A stretch of DNA of 40,037 nucleotides from Burkholderiales bacterium (lineage in GTDB: Bacteria > Pseudomonadota > Gammaproteobacteria > Burkholderiales > DATLHW01): contig DATLHW010000085.1 of the NCBI GenBank assembly GCA_035539675.1, forward strand, positions 1 to 40,037, in the 5' to 3' direction. This document shows positions 9,113 through 19,207 of the stretch, piece after piece (positions within the stretch are counted from its first letter, which is position 1; each line of letters begins with the position of its first letter). The translations under genes and the position numbers were made by a program. The notes under the pieces are model-generated. The model worked only from the letters and a program-made list of their open reading frames with translations, searched no databases and was not told the origin of the DNA.

Positions 9113-10474
9113 TTAATTAGGGATTGTGATGGTTACTGCTGTGGCTCCATCCAGCTCGTTGCTAACAACTACGCGGCCGCCAAGATGGGCCGCGCGCTCA
9201 GAGATTGATTTCGGGGTAAAAGTTTCGAATGGCTCGGTTTGGCTGCTCTGATTGATGGCTTGGGTAATAAGGTTCTCGCCTTGTTGAAATAGATTGATCG
9301 TGGCGTAGGGCGACTTCGTGTGCCGTCCTATGTTGCTTAAACTTTCGCTGACAATTTGCAGTATCTCTATAGCCAGCCGCCCATCGATGTCGAGGTCCGC
9401 GTCGGCGTTGATCTGAACATCGATTCCATAGAATCTACGAAATTTTTCCGCTTGTTGCGCAACGCTTTCAAGAAAATTAATCGGATGATTCTCTGGGTGC
9501 TCCTTCAACGCATCAACGTAACGTCGTAGTTCAGCGATGCTGTCCGCGGTCATGAGACATAGCTCATCTAAATCCATCGCTAACGGTGAATCGGCTCCCG
9601 CTTTGCGACGAAGGGCCTCCAGTCCGATCTTGAGACCTAGATATGGTTGGATGGTGCTGTCGTGAAGATCGAGAGAGATTTGGCGCCGTTCCGCGCGAGC
9701 CGGGGTGGAAGCAATTTGTTCGCGCAATCGTAAATGTTCAAGCTGGCAAGCCAACTGATCGGTGGCCTGTTGTAAGAACTGAACATCGGAGGCATTAAAG
9801 CTCGCGGAAGGCGAAATCACATAGACTCTCGCGAATTCCGCGTCGGGAAAACGCATCGATGCGGTGACCAGCGCATGGGGGCCAATTGATTTGAACAATT
9901 GTTGTAAATCCAGAATTGCGTTATCGGTGTGCTCGCGATTCGCGGACTCGGGGCAAAATCGCCGCTTATATCGAGTCAATCCAAAAAATGAATGCACGCC
10001 ATATGCAAAACCAGCCGCGCTGGATCGATAACGAAGATTCTTGGCGAGGTTAGCCAACGTTATGCCTGACGGGGTGGGAATGGATTTTCCGTTATCCGCG
10101 AGATAGAGGAGGGCGTCACCCTGTTGCGCTTGTATGACGACGAAACAATGTTGGGCCGCATAGAGTTTGCGCAATCGCTCCAATCCGACGCCGAGTAGCT
10201 TATTTGATTCGTTGTGTGCGTGACGTAGCTGGCAGAGGTCATTCAACGTGGCCAGTCTGCGTTTGAGCAGACACTCGGAATTAATCCAGCATGCCAGGAC
10301 CACTGTGACAACGGAGAGATACAACGTGTGCCAGGGAAGCGCCAACCACTCGTCATGATGTTGGTTGGCGCTGGCGTAACTGACTGCAATGGCGAAAAGT
10401 CCAAGGGACGCCAGTGTTATTCGAAGAAAATAGATGGCGCGAACGTGGGGTGCTTCAAGCGCGGGCTGGTTCAT
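9113..10474 (-). CDS. sensor histidine kinase, HisKA_3 (NarX/LiaS-like) type
   Basis: It has two N-terminal hydrophobic helices, an H-box ISLDLHDSTIQPYLGL, an N-box SESLSNIGRH and C-terminal HLGGRVVV. It lies immediately upstream of the NarL-type regulator. Confidence 0.85.
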   Translation of the reverse strand: MNQPALEAPHVRAIYFLRITLASLGLFAIAVSYASANQHHDEWLALPWHTLYLSVVTVVLACWINSECLLKRRLATLNDLCQLRHAHNESNKLLGVGLERLRKLYAAQHCFVVIQAQQGDALLYLADNGKSIPTPSGITLANLAKNLRYRSSAAGFAYGVHSFFGLTRYKRRFCPESANREHTDNAILDLQQLFKSIGPHALVTASMRFPDAEFARVYVISPSASFNASDVQFLQQATDQLACQLEHLRLREQIASTPARAERRQISLDLHDSTIQPYLGLKIGLEALRRKAGADSPLAMDLDELCLMTADSIAELRRYVDALKEHPENHPINFLESVAQQAEKFRRFYGIDVQINADADLDIDGRLAIEILQIVSESLSNIGRHTKSPYATINLFQQGENLITQAINQSSQTEPFETFTPKSISERAAHLGGRVVVSNELDGATAVTITIPN

Positions 10475-10863
10475 GACGTTTGGCGTTTCCTTGGATAGAA
10501 AATGTCTGCTGTGGACGCCTATCAGGCCAGTGGCCCATGCGGCGCATCGTGAGCGAAAGCCGCGTTGGGCGGTATGAATGGTGTCACAGGGAGGGAAGCT
10601 ATCCCGCGCGCTTGAGGGGCGGCCGACAGCAAATCGTTGCGCGGGGCGATGCGTTGTTGGGAGCGCAAAAGTGGGTGAGGCAGGAGCAGGCTCTAATTAA
10701 TGCCGAGAGGTCGGACTGAACTAGCTTGGCGGGAAATATTGATTTTCGGACATAAAATAACACCTCGGTCGCTCTTGTCTCCACATCCACATGAGCGACC
10801 GGCGGGCGAAAAATTTACTGATTACAACGCAAAAATTGCGCAATGGATTGGCGGTAGCGCAGG

Positions 10864-11319
10864 TTAAGTTTTGCTTTTTTCGCTTAATTCCCGGAGATGC
10901 GTTGCAATCTCTTTGCTATCTAGCGAAGAAATATCTTTCGCAGTTTCTTCAGTAACCAGCTTACGTACTTCGTCGCCGATTTTCTTTCGAAGCAATCCGA
11001 GAAATTTAGGCGGGGCAATGATGCGCACCTTCTCATACCGATGCTCGGTTCTAGCCTTCTCCAGGTATTCGCCGATAGTTTTTGCGAAAAGCTCCGCTTC
11101 ATGTTCGACAGCATCCACGCGTGGAGTGGTCGAGTGCCCTCGGTATTGGTGGCCTTGCCCGTAGTACCGACCTTGCGCATCTGTAGTGAGTTCCCGATTG
11201 CTGGACTTGCCTACAGGGTTAATGAGGTCCTGCATCTCTCGGATGGCGCCCATAGACTCCAATGCTTCAAAAATTCTGGCGCGACTACTATCGGCCGTAA
11301 GGATCCATGTTCTTTCCAT
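10864..11319 (-). CDS. host-attachment-family protein (Host_attach-like)
   Basis: I moved the start to ATG 11319 (MERTWILTADSSRARIF...), which matches my recollection of host attachment protein family N-termini. The upstream 59 codons of the ORF-track call look non-coding. Confidence 0.6.
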   Translation of the reverse strand: MERTWILTADSSRARIFEALESMGAIREMQDLINPVGKSSNRELTTDAQGRYYGQGHQYRGHSTTPRVDAVEHEAELFAKTIGEYLEKARTEHRYEKVRIIAPPKFLGLLRKKIGDEVRKLVTEETAKDISSLDSKEIATHLRELSEKSKT

Positions 11320-11693
11320 GGCTTTGCCCCTGGATAAAATGTGTCGGTGGCGCATCCAAGCCGCCCAGGCGTGGATGTTAAAAAATGATATGCAAGAAGA
11401 GTTCCTGGATTGCTGTTTTCCGGGTGGTTCAGGCGGAGTCGGCAGCGCCTGATGGCCTGCGCGGAGGATCACGGGGGAATCGCTGAATACCGTCAATCTT
11501 ACCGACTGTGTAATTTTTGCAACATGTCATTACGACAAGAAATAAATCCAATTTGACGAGTGACCTAAATATCGTGTCAAATCTCGCGACGACGCGCGTC
11601 AAGATATGATCACGACGGCGATAGCCTTGTTGTTCATTCTTGATGTCGAGCCGTAAGGACATCTGCTCCAACAACCTTCAACAGGGAACGAGA

Positions 11694-11897
11694 ATGGCAA
11701 CTGGTAAAGTTAAATGGTTCAACGATGCAAAGGGCTTTGGATTTATTACCCCCGACGATGGCGGGGAAGATCTCTTTGCTCACTTCTCAGCAATTCAAAG
11801 TAGCGGATTTAAATCGCTCAAGGAAGGGCAGAAAGTTTCTTTTGAGGTGACGACTGGTCCAAAAGGCAAGCAAGCCGCCAATATCAGACCGGAGTAA
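11694..11897 (+). CDS. cspA: cold-shock protein, CspA family
   Basis: [34 protein letters not shown] carries the RNP1 (KGFGFI) and RNP2 (LFAHF) motifs. It is 67 aa, starting at ATG 11694 rather than TTG 11640. Confidence 0.95.
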   Translation: MATGKVKWFNDAKGFGFITPDDGGEDLFAHFSAIQSSGFKSLKEGQKVSFEVTTGPKGKQAANIRPE

Positions 11898-11918
11898 TTA
11901 GCTCCGGTTTTGAAAGAG

Positions 11919-11944
11919 CCCCGGAAATCCCCCGGGGTTTTTTT
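11919..11944 (+). terminator. intrinsic terminator of cspA
   Basis: CCCCGG, loop AAATCCC, CCGGGG, followed by 7 T. A second small hairpin ACCGGAG/CTCCGGT spans the stop codon at 11888..11907. Confidence 0.85.
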
Positions 11945-12061
11945 ATTTGCGCAAATTGGGAGCGTTAAAGTTAATGACGTTCCCCAGGGTGGTATTTTCG
12001 CCGAATCTGCGAATGCCTTCTGTTTGTATCCGGTTTTTAAGTATTTAAGGCGTGATTTCGA

Positions 12062-12547
12062 TTGAACAAGGTTTCTGTTTGCTTTGTATGCATGGGTAAT
12101 ATCTGTCGTTCGCCGACTGCCGAAGGCGTTTTTCGCAAGTTGGTGGCGTCTCGAGGTCTGAGCGAGCGCGTTCATATCGACTCGGCTGGCACCCACGGAT
12201 ATCACATTGGCGGCTCTCCTGATTCCCGGGCGGCTGCTTCCGCGTTAAAGCGGGGATACGATCTTTCGTGTCTCAAGGCTCGTAAAGTGGAAGCCCAAGA
12301 TTTTCGAGTATTTGATTATCTTTTGGCGATGGATCTGGAAAATCTTGGCTATTTGAAAGCGTTACGGCCAAGCGAGGCGAAGGCTGAAGCAAGGCTGTTC
12401 ATGGAGTTCAGCAGACGTTTTTCGGAACGTGAGGTTCCAGATCCTTACTATGGCGGCACGCAGGGATTTGAGCGTGTGCTGGATATGGTGGAGGACGCCG
12501 CGGAAGGATTTCTGGAGCACCTGCTTAAAAACAACCTCGAGTTATGA
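12062..12547 (+). CDS. low-molecular-weight protein-tyrosine phosphatase
   Basis: It carries the P-loop VCFVCMGNICRSPTAEG and the downstream DP motif (VPDPYYG). Confidence 0.88.
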   Translation: MNKVSVCFVCMGNICRSPTAEGVFRKLVASRGLSERVHIDSAGTHGYHIGGSPDSRAAASALKRGYDLSCLKARKVEAQDFRVFDYLLAMDLENLGYLKALRPSEAKAEARLFMEFSRRFSEREVPDPYYGGTQGFERVLDMVEDAAEGFLEHLLKNNLEL

Positions 12548-12563
12548 AGCAACGTTTGATTTG

Positions 12564-12586
12564 AAGCCGCTCGGACGGCTTGTTTT
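12564..12586 (+). terminator. probable intrinsic terminator after the phosphatase gene
   Basis: AAGCCG, loop CTCGGA, CGGCTT, followed by GTTTT. It sits between convergent genes. Confidence 0.55.
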
Positions 12587-12590
12587 AAAT

Positions 12591-13193
12591 TTACCATCCT
12601 CCCGTCGCTAACCAGCGATCCAATTGATCCATCTTGTCTGAGCCATGGAAAGGTTCGCCATCTACTATGAAGTAGGGCGAACCGAAAACGCCTTTGTCCA
12701 TCGCGGACTGCACCTCTTTCTTGAGGCGTTCCTTAATTAACGGAGTTTCAATTCCGGCCGCTAACGCTGGTCGATCCAAACCTATGCCGGCTGCAATGGC
12801 TAACGTGTTTTCCGGTTTGGAAATATCGATATCGTCTACGTAGAACGCTTTGAACAAACGTTTTGCCAACTCTTTGGCTTGCTGCGGATTTTGTTCCTGC
12901 AGCCAGTAGAACGCCCGACTTGGCGCCAAGCTGGCGATTGGGAAGGCAGTGGGAAGCTTGAAGGGGACGCTCAGCAGGCGAGCTGTGCGCGGAAAGTCAT
13001 GTTTGTAATACTCACCCTTGATGGGAATATTTGGTAGCGGCGCCGCGCCAGTGAATTTGAAGATCGCCCCGAGCAGAATGGGGCGCCACTGAACATCGCG
13101 CCGATGTCGCGCTGCAAGCTCATCAATTCGAGTGCTCGCAAGGTATCCATAAGGCGAGGAGAAGTCGAAATAGAATTCAATTGGATCCGCCAT
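12591..13193 (-). CDS. 2-hydroxychromene-2-carboxylate isomerase family protein (DsbA-like thioredoxin fold)
   Basis: The N-terminus IEFYFDFSSPYGYLA and C-terminal GVFGSPYFIVDGEPFHGSD are typical of this family. Confidence 0.8.
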   Translation of the reverse strand: MADPIEFYFDFSSPYGYLASTRIDELAARHRRDVQWRPILLGAIFKFTGAAPLPNIPIKGEYYKHDFPRTARLLSVPFKLPTAFPIASLAPSRAFYWLQEQNPQQAKELAKRLFKAFYVDDIDISKPENTLAIAAGIGLDRPALAAGIETPLIKERLKKEVQSAMDKGVFGSPYFIVDGEPFHGSDKMDQLDRWLATGGW

Positions 13194-13226
13194 GTATTCC
13201 TCCTAAACAGCAGTCGAGCGACCTCT

Positions 13227-13285
13227 TAAAAAGCAAGGAGGACGCTAGGCTCGCAGGTTACTTGATTGCGAGCGCGCGTCCTCCT
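13227..13285 (-). terminator. compound intrinsic terminator downstream of rne
   Basis: The outer stem AGGAGGACGC/GCGTCCTCCT (10 bp) encloses the inner stem GCTCGCA/TGCGAGC. On the minus strand it is followed by TGCTTTTT. A further 9-bp hairpin GACTATGCT/AGCATAGTC lies at 13302..13331. Confidence 0.7.
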
Positions 13286-13346
13286 ATTTTGTGATGCTGC
13301 TGACTATGCTCGCTGTAGAGTAAGCATAGTCCACCGAGAAGATCTG

Positions 13347-16091
13347 TTAATGCTTTTGTGTTTCAACTTGCACTAACGGTTCCGCTTCAGTCGATTGCGC
13401 AGGGCGCTGCCGGACTCGACGTGGCGGACGCGGCATTGCTTCGGTAGCAAGCGAATCTAGATTCGCGACCTTGTTGGGAGCGGTTTCGACCATCACCAAA
13501 CCAGCTGCGGCCAGATTGAGTTTGATATCGACCACGGGCGTTGCCTCTGTTCGCGCCGTTTCCAGTGCTCGGCTAATAATCGGCTCGGAAGATACGACTG
13601 GCGCTTCCTGTATTACAGCTTGCGCTTCTGTCGACTCGCTCGATTCGATAAAGCTTATCGTCGTATTACTTACCGGAGCAGCAGGCTGCACGGGATCCGA
13701 TGCGGGGATTGGTTTCTGCTCCACTTCGGCGATTTTCTCCACGATCTCGACCGGCGGCGTTACGTTGTGCGTCGCTTGGCTAACGACGTTATCCATAACT
13801 GCGACCGGGGCGATTTCAACTTCGGCTAGGCGTACGGGCGTAACGGCAGTTTCGACCACTAGCGGAGCCTCTCCTGTAAATGAAGCTTCGTTAACCGACG
13901 GAACGTTATGCTCCGTGGCCTGAATGCCTTCCTGCTGTGGTGCACGCTCTTGCCTCTCGCCACGCTCCCGGCGACCGCCACGGCGACCACGACGACTACG
14001 ACCCTCACGAACTTCCGTCGCCACGCCACTTTCGGCTTGGCCTTCCTCACGTATCGGCGCATCTGTCAAAGCGGTGTGTGGCGCCTTCTGAACGGGTTCA
14101 TTACGCGGCTTTACATCGCGCTCAGGTTGAGACTCGCGACGATCATTGCGCTCGGCTCGGCCTTGACGTTCTCCCCGCCCTTGGCGCTCGGTCCGCTCTT
14201 GGCGTTCGGCGACTTCCAGTTTTGGCTCGGTTGCCGGTTTTTCCGCTCTTGGGCCCCGATCCTGACGCGGGCGTCCTTCTCTGCGGTCGCCACGATCTCG
14301 TCGTTGACTCTGATGTCGGCTTCCATTGCGCGTTGGTTTGGGCTCAGCGGCAACCGGCGCTGGGGGCGCTGCTTGGGTGCCTTTGAACCACCCCACGATC
14401 TTGCTGATCAACGAGCGGGGCGCTTCTGCCGCGCTTGCACGCGAATCGGACCTTGTCGTCTCCGTGGCGTTCGGCGCGGGCTGAGCAGGCGTAATGCCTC
14501 TGACGACCGGTTGTGGACGCTCGGTGGTTTCCACTTTCGGTTGCGGTTGCCACAAGTTGCTTTCATCCACCGGCGCCGCCGCGAGTTTGTAGCTCGGGGT
14601 ATGTTCTTCGAGCTTGTCTGCATCGTGACGAATGCGGCCGACGGTGTAGTTGGGCGTTTCCAGATGAATATTGGGAATCAGCACGATCTCAACTCGAAGG
14701 CGAGCCTCGATGTTGTAGATCTCGCTGCGCTTTTCGTTCAGCAGGAAAGTCGCCACTTCCACCGGGACCTGCGCATGGATGGCGGCGGTGTTTTCCTTCA
14801 TGGCTTCTTCTTGAAGGATGCGCAAAATGTGCAAAGCGGATGATTCCGTATCCCGAATGTGTCCGGTCCCGGAGCATCGTGGGCAAGGAATATGGCTGGT
14901 TTCGCCTAAGCTAGGCTGGAGACGCTGGCGTGAAAGCTCGAGCAAACCGAAGCGGGAAATCTTGCCTGTCTGAACTCGTGCGCGGTCAGGTCTCAACGCA
15001 TCGCGTAAGCGATTTTCTACTTCGCGTTGATTTTTTGGGGATTCCATGTCGATGAAATCGATGACTACCAATCCGCCTAAATCGCGCAGCCGCAACTGAC
15101 GAGCGATTTCATCCGCCGCTTCCACGTTTGTGTTCAAAGCGGTCTGTTCGATATCGGCGCCTTTGGTGGCTCGCGCTGAGTTCACGTCGATTGATACCAA
15201 GGCTTCGGTATGGTCGATGATGATGGCCCCGCCCGAAGGTAGGCTTACATCGCGCCGGTACGCCGTCTCGATCTGATGTTCGATTTGGAAACGAGAGAAA
15301 AGCGGAACGTCGTCACGATAGAGCTTCACCTTGTGAACATTGGCGGGCATTACCGTGCTCATGAACGTACGCGCCTGCTCGTAGATCTCGGGGGTGTCGA
15401 TCAGTATCTCGCCAATGTCCGGCGTAAATAGATCGCGGATGGCGCGCACTACCAAGCTTGATTCCAGATAGATAAGGCAGGGAGGCGCTTCCGTTTGCCC
15501 GGCGTGCTCGATTGCGCGCCAGAGCTGAAGCAGATAGTTCAAGTCCCACTGTAATTCTTCCAGGTTGCGGCCAATGCCGGCGGTGCGAGCGATTAAGCTC
15601 ATGCCTTGCGGCGCTTCGAGCTGATCCATCAATTCGCGGAGTTCTGCCCGGTCATCGCCTTCCACTCGACGGGAAACACCGCCGCCGCGTGGATTATTGG
15701 GCATTAAAACCAGATAACGACCAGCCAGACTGATGAACGTGGTGAGCGCCGCGCCTTTGTTGCCGCGCTCGTCTTTATCCACCTGGACGATCAATTCCTG
15801 CTTTTCTTTGAGGAGGCTGGCGATTCGCGAGCGAGAAAATTCGCCGTCTTCGTTTTGCAAAAACTGCCTGGCGATTTCTTTGAACGGAAGAAAACCATGC
15901 CGCTCACCGCCGTAATCAATGAAGGCGGCTTCGAGAGATGGCTCGACGCGAGTGATAATACCCTTGTAGATGTTGCTCTTGCGTTGTTCCTTACCTGCGT
16001 GTTCGATGTCGAGATCGATGAGTTTTTGCCCATCGACGATCGCCACTCGGAGCTCCTCCGATTGTGTGGCGTTAAACAACATGCGTTTCAT
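13347..16091 (-). CDS. rne: ribonuclease E
   Basis: I moved the start to ATG 16091 ([22 protein letters not shown], preceded by GGGAGAG). It has an S1 domain, catalytic core and zinc link (CPRCSGTG). The long Arg/Glu/Pro-rich C-terminal scaffold has no conserved motifs. Confidence 0.95.
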   Translation of the reverse strand: MKRMLFNATQSEELRVAIVDGQKLIDLDIEHAGKEQRKSNIYKGIITRVEPSLEAAFIDYGGERHGFLPFKEIARQFLQNEDGEFSRSRIASLLKEKQELIVQVDKDERGNKGAALTTFISLAGRYLVLMPNNPRGGGVSRRVEGDDRAELRELMDQLEAPQGMSLIARTAGIGRNLEELQWDLNYLLQLWRAIEHAGQTEAPPCLIYLESSLVVRAIRDLFTPDIGEILIDTPEIYEQARTFMSTVMPANVHKVKLYRDDVPLFSRFQIEHQIETAYRRDVSLPSGGAIIIDHTEALVSIDVNSARATKGADIEQTALNTNVEAADEIARQLRLRDLGGLVVIDFIDMESPKNQREVENRLRDALRPDRARVQTGKISRFGLLELSRQRLQPSLGETSHIPCPRCSGTGHIRDTESSALHILRILQEEAMKENTAAIHAQVPVEVATFLLNEKRSEIYNIEARLRVEIVLIPNIHLETPNYTVGRIRHDADKLEEHTPSYKLAAAPVDESNLWQPQPKVETTERPQPVVRGITPAQPAPNATETTRSDSRASAAEAPRSLISKIVGWFKGTQAAPPAPVAAEPKPTRNGSRHQSQRRDRGDRREGRPRQDRGPRAEKPATEPKLEVAERQERTERQGRGERQGRAERNDRRESQPERDVKPRNEPVQKAPHTALTDAPIREEGQAESGVATEVREGRSRRGRRGGRRERGERQERAPQQEGIQATEHNVPSVNEASFTGEAPLVVETAVTPVRLAEVEIAPVAVMDNVVSQATHNVTPPVEIVEKIAEVEQKPIPASDPVQPAAPVSNTTISFIESSESTEAQAVIQEAPVVSSEPIISRALETARTEATPVVDIKLNLAAAGLVMVETAPNKVANLDSLATEAMPRPPRRVRQRPAQSTEAEPLVQVETQKH

Positions 16092-16244
16092 TATTATCTC
16101 TCCCGCGCTCCTGACACGGGGGAGGACAAACCGATTCCCTGCGCTTACCGGTCCACCGGCGAGCGTGATTTTTTTAAGAATTAGGCCATATGGGTCATGT
16201 TGCGGGATCCGTAGTGTCCGTATCGGAAAGGGTTTGTCGTCTAC

Positions 16245-16272
16245 GCGGTTGCGGGGAATTCGCCGCAACCGC
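16245..16272 (-). promoter_or_regulatory. stable 10-bp stem-loop inside the presumed rne 5' leader
   Basis: GCGGTTGCGG, loop GGAATTCG, CCGCAACCGC. On the rne-sense strand it is preceded, not followed, by a U-run, so it is not a terminator. E. coli rne is autoregulated through leader hairpins. Confidence 0.4.
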
Positions 16273-16729
16273 AAAAAAACCGAGTGTTCTAGAGCGCGTT
16301 ATCATTTACCATCACTACTTATTTGGGTGAGTGACTTAACCCTGCTAAGGGAGCCTTAATAAAGTTCGCCGCTTGGTCCGATGGTGAGTCCACGATGCTC
16401 TCGTACCTTTTGTGTTGTACGACCGCGTTTCTCGTTGGCTCTTCATGAGGCCGCTTGCTGAAATTTATTTGAGTGCGCCCTCGATTCCGTCAGCTTGAAT
16501 CTCTGCGTTACATGACGATGGCTGGACGTAGGTTCCTAGAACGCCGCTGCGACCATCCTCTGAATCAACGCACATTGCATTTACCGGGGAATCAAATAAC
16601 CGTTGAGTGCGAGACTGGCTCTTTAGGCGCCCCATGGTCGCAAGCTTCTTATTGCTTCGCGCCTTAAATTTGGGGCGTTGCCCTGGGGCCGCGCTGGTTT
16701 GCTGTCCCGCTTTCAAATCAACGGGTTGA

Positions 16730-16758
16730 AGTATATGAGAATTAATAGGCCTGTGCAA
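16730..16758 (-). promoter_or_regulatory. candidate sigma-70 promoter for rne
   Basis: The minus strand reads TTGCAC, a 17-nt spacer, then TATACT. This would give a leader of roughly 630 nt. Confidence 0.45.
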
Positions 16759-16814
16759 AAGAAACTTGATAATTCCTTCATAGACATTTTTTAGAGTAGA
16801 GAAGCTGCATTTTC

Positions 16815-17813
16815 ATGAAGCGTCCGATAGCCAATTCAAACTTTTCCTCCGTCAACGAAATACGGGCGACACCGACCGCAGATGCAGTCAGTTGGGTCAT
16901 TGTTGATGAGTCCGGCGAGAGCCAACGAGTCGATAATTTTTTACTTAAACATCTGAAAGGTGTGCCAAAAAGTCATATCTATCGCATCTTGCGTAGCGGG
17001 GAAGTGCGCGTCAACAGCAAGCGAGTGCAAGCGGAATATAAGCTGGCGGTCGGTGATCGAGTGCGCATTCCGCCCATTAGAGTGGCTGAGGCGACTGTTC
17101 GACAAGTGCGTGTTCCGGTCGGGAAGCGGTTAGCCGAGCGTATTTTGTTTGAGGACGATGCATTGCTTGTGATCAACAAACCTGCGGGGCTGGCGGTGCA
17201 TGGCGGTAGCGGTGTAAGTCTGGGCGCCATTGAGCAGTTAAGAGCGGAATTTCCCCAATTTCGATTTCTGGAGCTTGCCCATCGGCTGGATCGGGAGACG
17301 TCGGGCGTATTGCTGCTGGCGAAAAAGCGCAGCGCGCTTACGGGGCTTCACGCTATGTTGCGCGACGGTGGAATGGATAAGCGTTATCTCACGCTCGTCG
17401 CTGGTCAGTGGAAGAATGGACGCCAATCCGTAAAGTTGTCACTAACCAAATATTTGACGCCTGAGGGCGAGCGCCGGGTGTCGGTGGATGACGATGGTCA
17501 AGCCGCCCATACGATCTTTACCTTGAACGAGAACTTCAAAGATTTTTCCTTGTTGGAGGCGGAGCTGAAGACTGGACGCACCCACCAAATTCGCGTGCAT
17601 TTGGCGCATATGGGCTTTCCAATCGCGGGTGACGATAAGTATGGCGACTTCACGTTGAATAAGGCGCTTCCAAAGCAGGGGTTGAAACGGATGTTTCTTC
17701 ACGCACACAGGGTCACGTTCCTTCATCCCTTGTCGAGGGAAAGAACAGAAATTATGGCGCCCTTGCCCACAGAGCTGGAAGCGTTCTTGGAATGTCTCAG
17801 ATCTCCAAGCTGA
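16815..17813 (+). CDS. rluC: 23S rRNA pseudouridine synthase, RluC/RluA family
   Basis: It has an S4 domain (RVDNFLLKHL..SHIYRILRSGEVRVN) and the catalytic HRLDRETSGVLLLAK motif. It is divergent from rne as in E. coli. Confidence 0.9.
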   Translation: MKRPIANSNFSSVNEIRATPTADAVSWVIVDESGESQRVDNFLLKHLKGVPKSHIYRILRSGEVRVNSKRVQAEYKLAVGDRVRIPPIRVAEATVRQVRVPVGKRLAERILFEDDALLVINKPAGLAVHGGSGVSLGAIEQLRAEFPQFRFLELAHRLDRETSGVLLLAKKRSALTGLHAMLRDGGMDKRYLTLVAGQWKNGRQSVKLSLTKYLTPEGERRVSVDDDGQAAHTIFTLNENFKDFSLLEAELKTGRTHQIRVHLAHMGFPIAGDDKYGDFTLNKALPKQGLKRMFLHAHRVTFLHPLSRERTEIMAPLPTELEAFLECLRSPS

Positions 17814-18157
17814 TTTGTTCCGGGAGTCAATTGATCGACGGCGAGAAAGGTGTGCGATTTAATGTCGGCGTCAACGGAAAACCGCAGGCTGCCTTTGTCG
17901 TTCGCTTTGGCGGCGAAGTGCACGCTTTCGTGAATTCTTGTCCTCATCTCGGGGTCGAATTGGACTGGGAGCCGGGGGAGTTCTTTGATCTGTCAGGGTT
18001 ATACTTGGTGTGCGCCACTCATGGCGCGGTATTTATGCCAGATAGCGGCTATTGCACTGGCGGTCCTTGCAAGGGGCGACGATTGGTTTCGTTGCCAGTG
18101 CGAGAGCGTGACGGCGAAATTTTTTTAGGCGAAGGGTTGGAGTTATATGTCGAATGA
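17792..18157 (+). CDS. Rieske (2Fe-2S) domain protein
   Basis: CPHLG...CATHGAVF supplies the CxH / CxxH cluster ligands. It overlaps the rluC end by 22 nt. Confidence 0.85.
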   Translation: MSQISKLICSGSQLIDGEKGVRFNVGVNGKPQAAFVVRFGGEVHAFVNSCPHLGVELDWEPGEFFDLSGLYLVCATHGAVFMPDSGYCTGGPCKGRRLVSLPVRERDGEIFLGEGLELYVE

Positions 18158-19124
18158 AACTGGGCAATTTTCGGCTGGGGCAGGATCTGCTGGCGGCTGG
18201 GAACGTAGCATGCTGGAGAAGCTGGCTTTCGAAAGTGTTCAGGAGCAACGAAGGGCGCGACGGTGGGGGATTTTCTTTAAAAGCTTAACGTTTCTTTTCC
18301 TGTTTGGATTGTTGCTGGTGGTCCTGGGGTTAATGATCGGAAAGGAGCCGGTTACGGCAGATCGGCATACGGCCTTGGTGGAGTTGCGAGGGGTAATCGA
18401 TGCCGAAGGAACTGCTTCCGCCGATAAAATGATTAGTGGATTGCAGGCCGCGTTCAAGGACGCCAAGACTCAGGGCGTTATCCTGCGCATCAACAGCCCC
18501 GGCGGTAGTCCAGTGCAAGCTGGCTATATTAACGACGAAATCCATCGTTTACGTAAGCTTTATCCAAGCATCCCGGTTTACGCCGTTGTGGAGGATATCT
18601 GTGCTTCCGGCGGTTACTACGCGGCAGTGGCTGCGGACAAGATCTTTGTGGATAAGGCCAGTCTTATCGGCTCCGTTGGCGTATTAATGGATGGCTTCGG
18701 TTTCACTGGCGCGATGGAGAAATTGGGGGTGGAGCGACGCCTGTTATCCGCTGGAGAGAATAAGGGCTTTCTTGATCCTTTTTCGCCGTTAAGTGAATCT
18801 CAGCGGAGTTACGCCCAAAAGATGCTCGCGGAGATTCATCAGCAATTTATCAAGGTTGTGCGCGAAGGCCGTGGTAAGCGTCTAAAGGAAACGCCCGAAA
18901 TGTTCAGTGGGCTTGTTTGGACTGGCGAAAAAAGCCTTGAGCTTGGTCTTGCCGATGGACTCGGCAGCTTGCAATACGTCGCTCGCGAGGTGGTGAAGGC
19001 GGAGGATATCGTTGACTTTACGCCGGAAGACAATCTCGCAGAAAAGTTCGCGCGTCAGTTGGGCGCGTCGGGAGGGAAGGCTATGGCCAGGGCGCTATTT
19101 GGCGCGGAAGGATCACTTCGGTAG
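18147..19124 (+). CDS. sppA: signal peptide peptidase SppA, 36K type (S49 family)
   Basis: It has an N-terminal TM helix, INSPGGS, and the ASGGYYAA...IGSVGV motifs. Confidence 0.88.
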   Translation: MSNETGQFSAGAGSAGGWERSMLEKLAFESVQEQRRARRWGIFFKSLTFLFLFGLLLVVLGLMIGKEPVTADRHTALVELRGVIDAEGTASADKMISGLQAAFKDAKTQGVILRINSPGGSPVQAGYINDEIHRLRKLYPSIPVYAVVEDICASGGYYAAVAADKIFVDKASLIGSVGVLMDGFGFTGAMEKLGVERRLLSAGENKGFLDPFSPLSESQRSYAQKMLAEIHQQFIKVVREGRGKRLKETPEMFSGLVWTGEKSLELGLADGLGSLQYVAREVVKAEDIVDFTPEDNLAEKFARQLGASGGKAMARALFGAEGSLR

Positions 19125-19207
19125 TTGTTCTGCGAATGGCTCAGGCTTCAGGCGGCAAGCAAGGGTGCGCCCCAAAGTCGGCTGACGAAGCAAACGGTCG
19201 AGGGGTG

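Noticed and set aside
10475-10863. A 389-bp gap upstream of the histidine kinase gene containing a hairpin (GGTCGCTC/GAGCGACC), a 10-bp palindrome ATTGCGCAAT (10835..10844) and two roughly 60 to 80-aa ORFs.
   Set aside because: The hairpin fits a terminator for the host-attachment gene. The palindrome is short enough to occur by chance, and the ORFs lack any features. Nothing here rises above ordinary intergenic sequence.
13908-14843. A 311-aa plus-strand ORF, plus several 60 to 150-aa ORFs between 13471 and 14914, antisense to the rne 3' half.
   Set aside because: They lie entirely inside the Arg/Glu/Pro-rich low-complexity C-terminal region of RNase E. Their translations are repetitive Arg/Leu/Ala strings with no motifs. 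This is typical stop-codon-poor antisense of a GC-biased repetitive coding region.
16465-16758. A 97-aa minus-strand ORF in the rne-rluC intergenic region.
   Set aside because: It has a basic, low-information translation, no RBS that I can see, and it overlaps the predicted rne promoter and leader. I treat it as non-coding leader sequence.
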